A stretch of DNA of 64,000 nucleotides from Octopus vulgaris (taxonomy: Eukaryota). Numbering within the stretch: position 1 is the stretch's first letter; the number at the start of each line of letters is the position of its first letter. Made by a program: the position numbers and the translations under genes. The stretch is from assembly GCA_951406725.2 (NCBI GenBank), contig OX597838.1:5766001-5830000 (forward strand), given 5' to 3'. The notes under the pieces were generated by a model. That model was not told where the DNA came from. It saw nothing but the letters and a program-made list of their open reading frames with translations, and made no database searches. Below, piece by piece: positions 40,653-53,611 of this stretch.

Positions 40653-41204
40653 TTTACAACAGTTTAAAGAGTCCGAAGACTTTAGCACGGTATTCGACAC
40701 ATATAAGGATGTCACATTTTGAAGGTCAAATTTTTTTGTGAATGCACCATTATCTTGTGTGGTGCCAGTGAATGAAAAATGAGGTACAAAAATTGACAGG
40801 GATCTGAAAACATTTTGTGACAACACAAGCCCCCTGAAATTCCTTGGTTCCTCCGGCTCTTTTATACATTTTCTACTTTCAGAGATTCCGGCCATTTGCG
40901 TCCCTATAGTAATTCTAATCCTCATACCATTCACAAGATTTATTCTGATAGTCGGTATACACGCTTTTTTATGTATTGAAATAATCTTATTCAACCATCA
41001 ACAACAGTCACTATCACATTCCGTGTGCTGATCATGTGTTACACAGCAACAAGCAATGTGATTTACTTGCATTTTAGGATTGTTGTTCTTCATGCGATGG
41101 AAATATCGCCGAATTTCTTCGTGTGTAGGATGTGGACTCTTTTGAATGCCAGAAAGTGTTTCACTAATGAGAAACATTTCTTTGCTTGATCTTCTTTTCA
41201 CCAT
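40653..41204 (-). mobile_element. Decayed hAT-like (hATm-type) transposase N-terminal remnant
   Basis: MFLISETLSGIQKSPHPTHEEIRRYF...ISIHKKACIPTIR resembles the LIG...LP....VL..FF...FW.KARIPT pattern; interrupted by stops and by the Helitron. Confidence 0.4.
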
Positions 41205-41420
41205 CTTATTTCAGTTCTACATACCGCTTCAGAAGCACTTGAATATCAATCTAAAAACGTCAGCGTCTTATCTCTGCGCTGTTAGTTACATATATCACTT
41301 CAAACAAAAATCTGTGTTCTGTCACGGTTTTTTTCATCCACTGGCACCACACAAGGCGATGATGCAGTCGCAAAAAATTTTAACCCTGAAATATATATAT
41401 TTCTCCAAAATTATATTCAA

Positions 41421-41829
41421 GGCGCAGGAGTGGCTGTGTGGTAAGTAGCTTGGCTACCAACCACATGGTTCTGGCTTCAGTCCCACTGCGTGGAATGTCT
41501 TCTGCTATAGCCTCGGGCCGACCAATGCCTTGTGTGTGGATTTGGTAGACAGAAACTGAAAGAAGCCTGTCGTATATATGTATATATATGTATGTGTATG
41601 TATATGTTTGTGTGTCTGTGTTTGTCCCTCTCGCATTGCTTGACAACCGATGCTGGTGTGTTTACGTCCCCGTCAGTTAGCGGTTCGGCAAAAACAGACC
41701 GATAGAATAAGTACTGGGCTTACAAAGAATAAGTCCCGGGGTCGAGTTGCTCGATTAAAGGCGGTGCTCCAGCATGGCCGCAGTCAAATGACTGAAACAA
41801 GTAAAAGAGTAAAGAGTAAAAGAGTAAGT
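41421..41829 (+). mobile_element. SINE family A
   Basis: Head and tail intact; small internal deletion. Confidence 0.9.
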
Positions 41830-42019
41830 ATATTTGAGTGTAAAATCTTCTCTTCTTCATCTACTTTACAATATCTCCTCCTCCTCCTCGCCCCATCTTA
41901 CTTATTTTCTTCTTCCTCCTCCTACTTCCTCTCTCTGTCCTCATTTCTATGTATCCTGATGATGATGATGATGATCCTCATCAACATAAACAACAACAGC
42001 AATTTCTTCTACATCATCA

Positions 42020-42428
42020 TTTCTTCTTCTTTTTCTTCTTCTTCTTCTTCTTTCTCTTCTTCTTCTTTCTCTTCTTCTTCTTCCGCTTCTTCTTCTTCTT
42101 CTTCTTTTTCTTCTTCTACCACTCCTTCTTCTTCCGCTTCTTCTTCTTCTTCTTCTTCTTCTTCTTCTTCTTCTCCTTCCTCTTCTCCTTCCTCTTCTTT
42201 TTATTATCCTTCTTCTTCCGCTTCTTCTTCTTCTTCTTCTACTTCTTCTTCTTCTTCTTCTTCTTCCTCTTCTCCTCCTTCTGCTTCTCCTTCTTCTTCC
42301 TCTTTTTCCACTCCTTCTTCTTCCTCTTTTTCCTCTTCTTCTTCTTCCTCTTTTTCTTCTTCTTCTTCCTCTTTTTCTTCTTCTTCATCATCATTTCTTC
42401 TTCTTTTTCTCCTTCTTCTTCTTCTTCT

Positions 42429-42463
<35 letters not shown>

Positions 42464-42795
42464 TTCTTCATCATCATTTCTTCTTCTTTTTCTCCTTCTT
42501 CTTCTTCTTCTTCTTCTTCTTCCTCTTTTTCTTCTTCTTCTCCTTCTTCTTCTTCTTCTTCTTCTTCTTCTCCTTCTTCTTCTTCCTCTTCTTCTTCTTC
42601 TTATTCTTCTTCTTCTTCTTCTTCTTCTTCGTTCTCATTCTTCTCCCTCTTCTTCTTCTTCTTCTTCTTCTTCTTCTTCGTTCTCATTCTTCTCCCTCTT
42701 CTTCTTCCTCTTTTCCTTCTTCTTCTTCTTCTTCTTCTATTTCTTCTTCTTCTTCTTCTTCCTCTTTTTCTTCTTCTTCTTCTTCTTCTTCTTCT

Positions 42796-42830
<35 letters not shown>

Positions 42831-42840
42831 TTCTTCTTCT
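42020..42840. repeat. Degenerate (TTC)n polypyrimidine tract of about 820 bp
   Basis: Almost purely T/C on the plus strand. Confidence 0.95.
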
Positions 42841-42994
42841 CCGCTCTCATTTCGTTTCGGTCCCCCTTTTTTTCCCTTTATTTGATTCGTATTCCCAAAA
42901 ATTAAAGGCGAGGTGTGCAAGTTTGGGTCAAACAGTGAAACGCGTAAGTCATTTCAGCAACAATGTCCGCACACAACGTGTCATCACCATACAA

Positions 42995-43034
42995 GAACAA
43001 CAACAGCGACGAAAACAACAACAACGACGACGTC

Positions 43035-43095
<61 letters not shown>

Positions 43096-43120
43096 GCAAC
43101 AGCAACAACGACAACAATAA
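42995..43120. repeat. (CAA)n microsatellite
   Basis: Directly visible. Confidence 0.95.
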
Positions 43121-43507
43121 ACATCGACTACAAAATCACCATAATATATTTTAAATATCGTATTAGTAAATATCTATGAATCGATAATTTCTGACAAGAT
43201 AAGAAACCGATATCGGAGCGAATTACTGATGCTGTCTGTTTAGACATTACTGTTCAATTCAATCAGTGTTTTTTCCCGCGAGAATATTCCCTCCGTTAAT
43301 ACGTATATTTAAGATATTTTTGCTGCCGTTCTTATTTCGAAATATATTTCAACACATTGGTTGCCTTCCGAACTTCCTTCTACACGTCTCATACACATCT
43401 CGACATTTTGCTTATCACTTTAGCCGCCTTTAGTACAGCCATGGTAACTTCTCGACATCTGGCGTGCACACACATGCGTATATACACTAATATATATATA
43501 TATTTAA

Positions 43508-43738
43508 GGCGGCGAGCTGGCGGAAACGTTAGCGCGCCGGGCGATGTGCTTAGCGGTATTTCGTCTATCGCTACGTTCTGAGTTCAAATTCCGCCGAGGT
43601 CGACTTTTCCTTTCATCCTTTCAGGGTCGATAAATTAAGTACCAGTTACGCACTGGGGTCTATGTAATCGACTTAATCCGTTTGTCTGTCCTTGTTTGTC
43701 TCCTCTGTGTTTAGCCCCTTGTGGGTAGCAAAGAAATA
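43508..43738 (+). mobile_element. SINE family B, full monomer
   Basis: Matches 37197-37427. Confidence 0.9.
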
Positions 43739-43818
43739 TATATATATGTATGTGTGTGTGTACATATATGTATTTACATACATACGTATATGCATACGTA
43801 CATAGTTATAGATATATG

Positions 43819-43968
<150 letters not shown>

Positions 43969-44412
43969 GTATTTACATATATAATATATATAGCATATAC
44001 ATACCGGTTTCATGTGCAAGGTTTTACGCGAAAGACAAAAAACGCAAGCAATTTTAGTGAGATATACGAATAAAGAAAGGATGAATTTAGAATGCAGTTC
44101 TGTTGGCGCAACACAAAAAAATACTTAGTGGTCTTTCTGATTATATATATTCTCTAATTAAATATTCTCCAAACACACATGCAAGACATATTCGGAATAT
44201 GTGCCTATGTGTGTATATATTTCTATCAGTATTTTAATGAGATGCGTTTATGACCATTTCGCATATAACGATGCCTGGTATACAACAACGAAAGTATTTA
44301 TTGATTTCGGAAAATATTTCACTATGCCTATGCAGACATATGCCTGACCGTTTGGATAATCTTCCGCTTTCAGACAAGAAATTAACCGTCTCGCACGTTA
44401 CAAAGAAAATCT

Positions 44413-44582
44413 GGCGCAGGAGTGGCTGCGTGGTAAGTAGCTTGTTTACCAGCCACATGGTTCCGGGTTCAGTCCCACTGCGTGGCACCTTGGCCAAGTG
44501 TCTTCTACTACAACCTCGGGCCGACTATAGCCTTGTGTGTGGATTTGGTAGACGGAAACTGGAAGAAGCCCGTCGTATATAT

Positions 44583-44631
<49 letters not shown>

Positions 44632-44878
44632 TATATATATATATATGCGTATGTGTGTTTGTGTGTCTGTGTTTGTTCCCCTAGCATTGCTTGACGACCG
44701 ATGCTGGCGTGTTTACGTCCCCGTTAATTAGCGGTTCGGCAAAAGAGACCGATAGAATAAGTACTGGGCTTACAAAAAGAATAAATCCCGGGGTCGAGTT
44801 GCTCCATTAAAGGCGGTGCTCCAGCATGGCCGCAGTCAAATGAATGAAACAAGTAAAAGAGTAAAAAATAGTAAAGAG
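44413..44878 (+). mobile_element. SINE family A, full length
   Basis: Matches 6531-6962. Confidence 0.92.
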
Positions 44879-45279
44879 TGTATGTGCAACAGTAGAAATG
44901 TACAAGAATTTTCTTAATTTTAAAATGTGATATTGCTTTCTTTAATCACATTCCAACGATGGAACTTCGTAGCTTTGTTAGAAACCAGATCCTTCCTGAG
45001 ATACATAATCACAGAAGAAAACCTACTTACTTACATACACAAACAACGCATATCTTTGTAGACACCCATCCACAAAAAGAGACGATATGTATGAACAGTA
45101 AGACACAAAAACAGGCCATTAAATTGACGTCCAATATAAATTGAAGAAAACTGTGATACTCGCGTCATCTATATCCCTGTGAGAGGAAGAATAATAATTG
45201 GCGTTATTTGCAATAATTAATGTTCAGCAAAGCGTGTAATGGATTATCTCCCGGTAGCGTAATTAAAGGGAAAAACATT

Positions 45280-45384
45280 AATGATAAAAATAATAATAAT
45301 AATGATAATAATAATAATGATAAAAATATTATCTTAGCTGACATAACGATAGAAATTGTAATAATAATAATAATACTGATGAGA

Positions 45385-45427
<43 letters not shown>

Positions 45428-45428
45428 T

Positions 45429-45461
<33 letters not shown>

Positions 45462-45495
45462 TGATGATGAGGATGATGATGATGATGATAATAAT

Positions 45496-45551
<56 letters not shown>

Positions 45552-45630
45552 GAAGAAGAATAACAATAATATTAAGAAAAGCAACAACAACAAAACAACA
45601 ACAGCAACAACAACAATAATAATAATTAAT
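45280..45630. repeat. Compound (AAT)n/(GAT)n microsatellite
   Basis: Directly visible. Confidence 0.9.
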
Positions 45631-45852
45631 TATCGTTATAACTTCTTTTATTTACCACAAGAACATCCGATATTACCAATACGGTTCACAATCTGAGTGT
45701 GTGTGCGTGCGGGGTGGCGGTTGCATGATATGTTAAAGGTAATAAATCGGATAATGGGACAACGAAATAACAAGTATACAAAACCTATAATAATAGAAGT
45801 AAACACATGGATGATATTATCCTCTCGAGAGGCCAAGGATTTCCTCACAATA

Positions 45853-45985
45853 GATGGCGATGATGATGATGACGGTGGTGATGACGGCGAGGACGACGAC
45901 GACGACGATGATGATGTTGATGATGGTAATGATGACGATGAAGGTGATGATGACGGCGACGACGGCGATGGCGACGACGATGATG

Positions 45986-46017
<32 letters not shown>

Positions 46018-46240
46018 GATGCTGATGATGATGATGAGGATGATGATGATGATGATGATGATAATGATGATGATGGTGATGATGATGATGATGATGATGA
46101 TAATGATAATGATGATGAAGATGATGATGATGAAGATGATGATGATGATGATGATGATGATGAGGATGATGATGATGATGATGATAGTGATGATGATGGT
46201 GATGATGATGATGATGATGATGATAATGATAATGATGATG

Positions 46241-46274
<34 letters not shown>

Positions 46275-46420
46275 CGGTGATGATGACGGCGACGACGACG
46301 ACGACGGTGGCGACGTTGACGACGACGACGACGATAATGATGATGGTGATGATGATGTTGACGAAGATGATGATGTTGATGATGATGACGATGATGATGA
46401 TGATGATGATGATGATGATA
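45853..46420. repeat. Degenerate (GAT/GAC)n tract of about 570 bp
   Basis: In-phase triplet repeat with variant units. Confidence 0.95.
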
Positions 46421-46747
46421 TGAAAAAAGAAGATGGTAATGGTGTCTTTATTACACACGGGAGATCAAAGAAATCAAAGACAATGCTAAAATGAAGCTGC
46501 AACCATATCGAGCTCGTTACAGAGGTCGTGTATAACAAAGATAAATTTAGATATATATACGCGATAGAATAAAACAATTAACCAAATATTTTTTTTTTTT
46601 CTTCGGAGAAGATCGATTCTGCGAGGAGAGAATCTTAGGTCAAAGAAAGAAATATTCCATTCGATGTCAATGACCTTGATTGCCAAAGAAAAATTATCTG
46701 AAACCCTCTTCGATTCCTATTTTACGATTTTATGCTCAAAGTAGGCT

Positions 46748-46950
46748 TACTCTTTTACTCTTTTGCTTGTTTCAGTCATTTGACTGCGGCCATGCCGGAG
46801 CACCGCCTTTAATCGAGCAACTCGACCCCGGGACTTATTCTTTTGTAAGCCTAGTACTTATTCTATCGGTATCTTTTGCCGAACCGCTAAGTAACGGGGA
46901 CATAAACACGCCAGTATCGGTTGTCAAGCAATGCTAGGGGGACAAACACA

Positions 46951-47004
<54 letters not shown>

Positions 47005-47171
47005 CATATATACGACCGGCTTCTTTCAGTTTCCTTCTAACAAATCCACTCACAAGGCTTTGGTCGGCCCGAGGCTATAGTAGAAGACACTTGGCCAAGG
47101 TGCCACGCAGTGGGACTGAACTCGGAACCATGTGGTTGGTAAACAAGCTACTTACCACACAGCCACTCCTG
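46748..47171 (-). mobile_element. SINE family A, near full length, inverted
   Basis: Reverse complement of family A, from the tail (tactcttttactc) to the head (accacacagccactcctgc). Confidence 0.92.
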
Positions 47172-47320
47172 CTTGTTTACACGTACCATATTCACTTCCG
47201 AAATAGGCCATCAACGTTCTCCACACTCTAAATCCCGATAGCCCTGAACAGATGAGAAAATCGGTGATTATACAACGCATACAAGTGCTTGGAATCGACT
47301 AACACATGGGGATTGATATT

Positions 47321-47473
47321 ATTTACACTATTTACATTATTTACATTTTACGGATATTTGTACTCATCTTGATTGTTGTTAACACAACCTTTCGGCTGAT
47401 ATACCCACCAGTCTTCATCAGGTATCTTGGGGAAATTTCGGACCTGGGTTCTCATTTCTAAGGTGTTATCTGA

Positions 47474-47553
<80 letters not shown>

Positions 47554-47766
47554 CCAGGTTCGAAATTTCTCCAAGAGACCTGATGAAAACTGGAGGGTAA
47601 ATCTGCCGAAGGGTTGTGTTAACAATCAAGAAGAGGAGAAATATCGCTGAATGTAAATAATGTAAATAATGTACATAATTCCTCATCTCTTATGTTATAT
47701 GTGTTTGTAAGTCCTCGTGTTTTTGTTATGTATTTGTCTGAATATTTTTTATCATGCCTAATGCAC

Positions 47767-47834
<68 letters not shown>

Positions 47835-47940
47835 CCAGCTTCGAAATTTCAAAGACACCTGATGAAGACTGGAGTGTACATCAGCCGAAACGTTGTGTTA
47901 ACAACAATCAAGATGAGGAGAAATATCCGTCAAATGTAAC
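47321..47940. mobile_element. Three Penelope-like terminal-repeat units (one minus, two plus) interleaved with (ATT)n
   Basis: Shared unit cccag..tcgaaattt...cctgatgaa.actgg...gccgaa...ttgtgttaacaa...aatgtaa at 47321-47473 (-), 47553-47692 (+) and 47834-47940 (+). Confidence 0.8.
47854..47899 (+). ncRNA. Minimal type I hammerhead motif lacking helix III
   Basis: GACAC-CUGAUGA-a-GACUGG...UCAGCC-GAAAC-GUU-GUGUU. Helix I GACAC/GUGUU; helix II has one A-C mismatch. Confidence 0.7.
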
Positions 47941-48639
47941 GTTATTCTGCCAGCTCGCCGCCATATAGAACTATATTACATGTGGATTGAGTTCAGTCAA
48001 AGAAATGATGACCATGTGACACCTTTTCTTCCAGGATTCAGGATTGTGGCCACCATGTGCCTCTTCTCGTTCAGCTCCGATATTGTGTCTCACTCCACTT
48101 CTTCCACATGTGCTCATATAATAGCTTTTCCTCTCTCATGTGTTACACCCTACACGGTATCTCTGGCAACATATCATTCGCGTTTGATAGTTACAAAAGG
48201 GGTGGGAGTCGATGTTTTCCTCTAAAAGGGCTTTATAAACGCATAGACTAAACACCCCTTCACGTAAATCATAGCGCTACATTCAGTCTATACATTTCAC
48301 CCAACGATTTTAATATAACTTATGATAGGTATTCCAGTAATCGCTCTCTTCAGGGTGTTCCGCCACCGTTCGTTCATTATTGCACCTTGCATTAGGAGCA
48401 AAAATCCCCCAGATAATGAATAGCGTAATATTTCAGGTCTTCGTGTCCAGATGCATAGCCTAAAGCTGTGGTCCCCAAACGTTTTCAGGCACCGAGGCCT
48501 CATTCCTAGTGCCACTCCCCCTCCGCACCACAAATATAGAACACTTTCCGCAGCAAATTCAAAACAGCTGTATTTCACAATCAAAACTTAAACCTAATTA
48601 ATCTATTAATATATATAAATTTTTAAAACTATCACCCCA

Positions 48640-48890
48640 TTTTGGCCACCCCATTATCATCACACTTTTCTTCAACGCCTCTCTGCATGTTTCTACCACG
48701 CCCAAGAGGTCAGTATTGCCCTCTTTGTGAACGACGGGTATAGAGGTAAGCATGCTGCCATCATTATCGCAGGATCGTGGGATATTCAGTTTATGTATAC
48801 AAATAACTGTATAGGAGTGAGTATTTCTTGAGCCATAAGGCTTATCTAGGAACCACACATTGCAGTAAATGTACAGAGTCTCTAACATAC
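48640..48890 (-). mobile_element. Possible RTE-clade LINE remnant
   Basis: TLYIYC...PYGSRN...HKLN...NDGSML loosely follows the RTE post-RT pattern LY..C....LYGSETW...R.L.RNE.SML. Confidence 0.3.
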
Positions 48891-49363
48891 GTGAATTCCA
48901 CGCAAGGAATATATTGCAAATAAGGTGAATAATAAATAAATAAGATTAGGAGGATAACATGTCAATCCGTAGAGCTGTTTCTAACGTGTTTTCAGTTTAT
49001 CAATAGAAAAATTACATCATGAAAAAAAAAACGTTTTCAATAGGTGAATACATGAAACAATATCCAAAAGCCAACAGTTTGTACCACTCGGCACTGGTCA
49101 TAGAATCATGAAGTGGCACGATCTTTTGACTTACGAGTGGTTTTGAATGTTCTGGTGCACGTATTCACCTGATAAAAATGTTTTATTTCTAAAGATGTGA
49201 TTTCTCTCCATTATTCAATTAAAAATTTGTGGTGGATTAGAAAATTACTTTTATAACTCTGCCGGCTATCTGGTAATACTTTGGGTTAATGAGCTCTATT
49301 TTATAATCTAATACGTTCTTAACGGAATTACACACCTCAACTATATACATAAAGAGAGTGAGA

Positions 49364-49410
<47 letters not shown>

Positions 49411-49429
49411 CACGAGAGATGTCATACTA

Positions 49430-49642
49430 TCTAGGAGTTAGGATGTTGCACTGGCTATCACGATGTCGTGATTTCAATTCCTGGATCGGAGTGTGACCAC
49501 TGTGACAAACGCCGCGTGGGGCACCGTGCTCCCGTTCAAGTAAGGTCGGTTTGATGGAAGGAATGCACAACACACACTTTCGGTCAGTATAAAGAAATCA
49601 CCTGCGCAAATGGTTCACCATATGCTGAACACTTGTTCGTCG
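49430..49642 (+). mobile_element. Diverged tRNA-headed SINE-like element (family D)
   Basis: tRNA-like head ctaggagttaggatgttgcact...gatttcaattcctgg; GC-richer body unlike families A-C. Confidence 0.4.
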
Positions 49643-49777
49643 TCTCCGACCAGACTATCCTTCGTATATTTACACATATAGATAGATAGATACACAAACA
49701 CATAGACACATTTACATACATATTTATATATATATATATGTAAATATATATATGGCTACATGCACGCACATACTCAT

Positions 49778-49835
<58 letters not shown>

Positions 49836-50223
49836 GCAGGCATATATACTTGCATGGGCATATACCTATACACATACACTTAAATATACATATATTCGTG
49901 TGTGTATTTGAAATAATTTTCTTTGAAAAACTCTCACCATCGTTAAATGGAGAGGAAGCGAAACATATGTTGAAGGGAAGGATATGCCTTAATCAATGCT
50001 CTTTGCTGGAAATATAAGGTGTGGCGAGGAGTGTGTGGAACATTGGGGAGAATATTGCATTGAATATTTCATTTTATTAAGAATCTATGAACATAAATAT
50101 GCTTATATGTATTAAATGTAATGAAGGTGTCGTAATATTTGCATCTACGTATCTATCTATATGTACGAATGTATCATTCTATATATGTATTCTGATACAG
50201 ATGTGTGTACATACTTACATATG

Positions 50224-50333
<110 letters not shown>

Positions 50334-50367
50334 TATACATACATAAATAGATATATATACATGTATG

Positions 50368-50401
<34 letters not shown>

Positions 50402-50621
50402 TGTATATATATATATATGTATATATGTATATATACACGTATAGATATGTGTGTATGTATATGCATGTATGTATGTATGTATTTGTTAATGTATATGTAA
50501 ACACGATTTTATCTCGTATAAATGTATTTCCTGTGTATATGCCATATCATCACGCTGCACATACATACGCACACATTAACACATTAACACAGACACATAC
50601 ACGCACACACGTAAAAACACA

Positions 50622-50655
<34 letters not shown>

Positions 50656-50981
50656 TCGCGTATATGTATGTCTAGGTGTATATCCATTATGCAATAAATA
50701 CATATTGATTTCAGTACGCACTGATTATACGACTTTGTAGAAACACACATGCACACACACACACACGCACATACACACACTCATACACACATACACACAC
50801 ACACGTATACATTCATGCCTCTAAAAATGCAGAAATATATTTGATATTATATAAATGTAAAACCATTTGAATATTTAAAACGCTGTTACATAAAGCTTGA
50901 TGAAATAATATATTCATAGAACCATTCCTAATTTTTCCTTCTATATATTACGTTTGCAGTCGCTCTCTCCCACCTCTCTCT

Positions 50982-51027
<46 letters not shown>

Positions 51028-52220
51028 ATTTATTCACTTTCCCTCCATATCTGCGCTCTCTGTTCCTCCATTTCACTCTTTGATATACGCATAAACAAAA
51101 CACACAGCCGTCATCTCTTTTCTTTCTTTCTCTCTCAGATTTAACGTTTTATTTAATTTTTTCGCCCCCCCCCCCCCGACGTTTCTTTCACACCCCGTTA
51201 TATATTCACCACTGTGGGCCCCATTAGCATTTCAGGAATGTTTCTCTGCTTGCAATATTCACAGGTGACTGTTCGATATCGTTATTGGTATTGAATACTT
51301 TCTGAAAATATATTCATTAATATCTGTAAATCTACAATAAATTTCTAACGTTTCCTCTCTAATAAACGCCATTGAAAACAGGCCCAGCTTAATGGCCGTT
51401 TCTAATGCAATACCACTGTATGCTTAATGGGCTTCAACAAGGAACGGGAGATAAAGAAAAATATCAGACGTATATGGCTGAACTTTCTAATAGAATTTAT
51501 GACAATTTGGTGATGATCAATTGTCTATTCTTTTTGCTGAAATCAGTCACTGGCCGCGGCCATGCTGCTTACATTATTCACAGGTATTTGACACACAACA
51601 GCGCTAAGGTATATGGTAATAGGATACAAAGAGAGAAAACATGGACAAAACCGTTTGTCAAATGTGCAAATATGTAAAGCCATAAATACATAAACACACC
51701 TGTAGAAATATAAATGCATGGAGACATACGCACATATACATACATGCCGATGGATCGGATGAATATTGGTGGAACTTAAAAATTAAAACACTCACTAAGT
51801 TATAACCCAAAAAGCCAGTTAATTTTGTGTGGGAGCAGAGGGGAAATTATGTTCTGTTTTCCATATCTGCTGCACTATCATGCTGGTTAGAAACATACAA
51901 GACACAGAAAATATCTATGAATCAGTGATAAAGGGGTTTGCAAATCCAGTAGCTAAGATACACTTTTAGTTTCCTATTTATTATTATTAGAGGATATGTA
52001 CCGACCTGCTTTAAGCAAAGTATGGAAGAATATAGGTGCTCGGGGAGAGAATGCACATGCTTAATTCATACCCAAACAATGATCACAATATCTGAGGCAA
52101 TAACAAATCTGTAATTTCGTCTTAAGATTTAAGGTATGATGTACAAAACAAGTCGCTTTCCTTCACAACCTTGCTACCAAGCTGGAGTCCGGTACAAAAA
52201 TTAGTGTAAATCAAAAAGAT

Positions 52221-52277
<57 letters not shown>

Positions 52278-52484
52278 CATACATAGATACATACATAGAC
52301 TGAATTGATTCCTTCTTTCCGCTACGGTGGACTAAAATCACTCGCAAAGCTTTTGTAGCCCCGGAACTGTAGCAAAATGCACTTGACGAAGGATCTCCAT
52401 TATGGAACTAAACTAAAAAGGAAGAAAGAAAAAACTGGTTACGAAGCACACGCATTAACAACATAACCAAATTCGTGAAGAGAT

Positions 52485-52960
52485 GTTCTGGCAATATACA
52501 GTAAGGAAAAAAGGAGGTCAATGACCAGATTCCTCAGGTTTGAGGCTTGTCATGGTTTGGAGTTCATCGCAGACTTTTAGGACAAAACTAGGACATCACT
52601 CTACAACATTGAATTGGATCGGAAAGTTTTTAAATGGCCAGAATATCTTGAAGCACAAAGACGGAGCAAGGAGTTCAAGAGATATCTGTGGCGAACCGAC
52701 GAGTAACCATCGATGATGTAACATGTTCTCTGCTAATTTTGGGGGATTCTGCATAAGAGTTCATCAGTGATAAGAATTACTTTTTTAAAGTTTGCCCGAA
52801 GCGGATGCTTCCCGAAGCACACCGGCGAAATGATGTGTAGATTTGTCAATGCTTACTTGACATTTACAACGATGAAGACGAAGCCGTTTGGAGGGAATGG
52901 CCACAAGAAATAAGGCCTGGATGCATCCCTTTGAGTCCGACCCCTAAATGCAGTATATGG
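52485..52960 (+). mobile_element. Decayed mariner transposase (N-terminal half)
   Basis: Across frameshifts: LAIYSKEKRRSMTRFL / HRRLLGQ / WIGKF / NGQNILKHKDGA / FKVCPKRML.EAHRRN.V.ICQCLLDIYNDEDEA / AWMHPFES, collinear with mariner HTH through the TGDETW region. Confidence 0.7.
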
Positions 52961-53024
52961 TGTCGAAAAACTAGAATCATGAGGGAATAAAAAGAATAAT
53001 GTCCTCTGCAACTATAGGATGCTA

Positions 53025-53165
53025 ACCATTATTTACAATATTTACAATGGATGTATAGGGGTCCTCATCTTGTTTGTTATCACAGGTGGTCGAGTGGAAT
53101 TTCAAAACCAGCCATTTATTTGACGAATGGGGTACAATCCTGTTCTTATTCCTAAGCTATATTGC
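53025..53165 (-). mobile_element. Degenerate copy of the 47.3-47.9 kb Penelope-like unit, hammerhead core lost
   Basis: attatttacaatatttaca...gtcctcatcttgtttgtt...ggaatttc...ttcttattcctaag. Confidence 0.5.
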
Positions 53166-53419
53166 TCATGTTATCTTTTTCTTGGTATTATGGGATTGAC
53201 CATATATGTGCATAAATATTTGTGTATGAATGTGTGAATGACTTTTTGTATTTGTTCTCCCCAACGCTTAACAACCAGTTGTTGTTTTCCCTGTCTAGAC
53301 TAACAAAAGATTCTTGGCAAAATAATTTGATAAAAGAAGTGTCACTACTGAGGACGATTTGTTCAAATAATCCCTTGATTCCAATGATTGAAAAAAAAAT
53401 TCAAGATTGAGACGATAAA

Positions 53420-53611
53420 GGCCGCGAGCTGGTAGAAACGTTAGCATGCCGAGTGAAATGCATAGCGGTATATCGTCTGTCTCATGCTCTGAGTTCAAAT
53501 TGCACTGAGGTCGTTTTTGACTTTCATCCTTTCGGGGTAGAATAATTAAGTACCAGTTGCATACTGAGATAAATCTAATCGAAAATTTCGGGTCTTGTGC
53601 CGAGCTTAGAA
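53420..53611 (+). mobile_element. SINE family B (alternative tail) with a TSD of about 17 bp
   Basis: Family B head and core; aagattgagacga(t/c)aaa at 53403-53419 and 53612-53628. Confidence 0.85.

Noticed and set aside
41650-42905. 411-aa and 318-aa Ser/Phe/Leu-rich ORFs
   Set aside because: The longer one starts inside a SINE, and both run through the (TTC)n tract.
45648-46577. Poly-Ser, poly-Asp, poly-Met and poly-Ile ORFs as real genes
   Set aside because: Four overlapping frames are open only because of the (GAT)n repeat; no independent coding evidence.
48465-48500. hAT/Charlie-like terminus (ctgtggtccccaaac)
   Set aside because: No matching opposite TIR or 8-bp TSD found.
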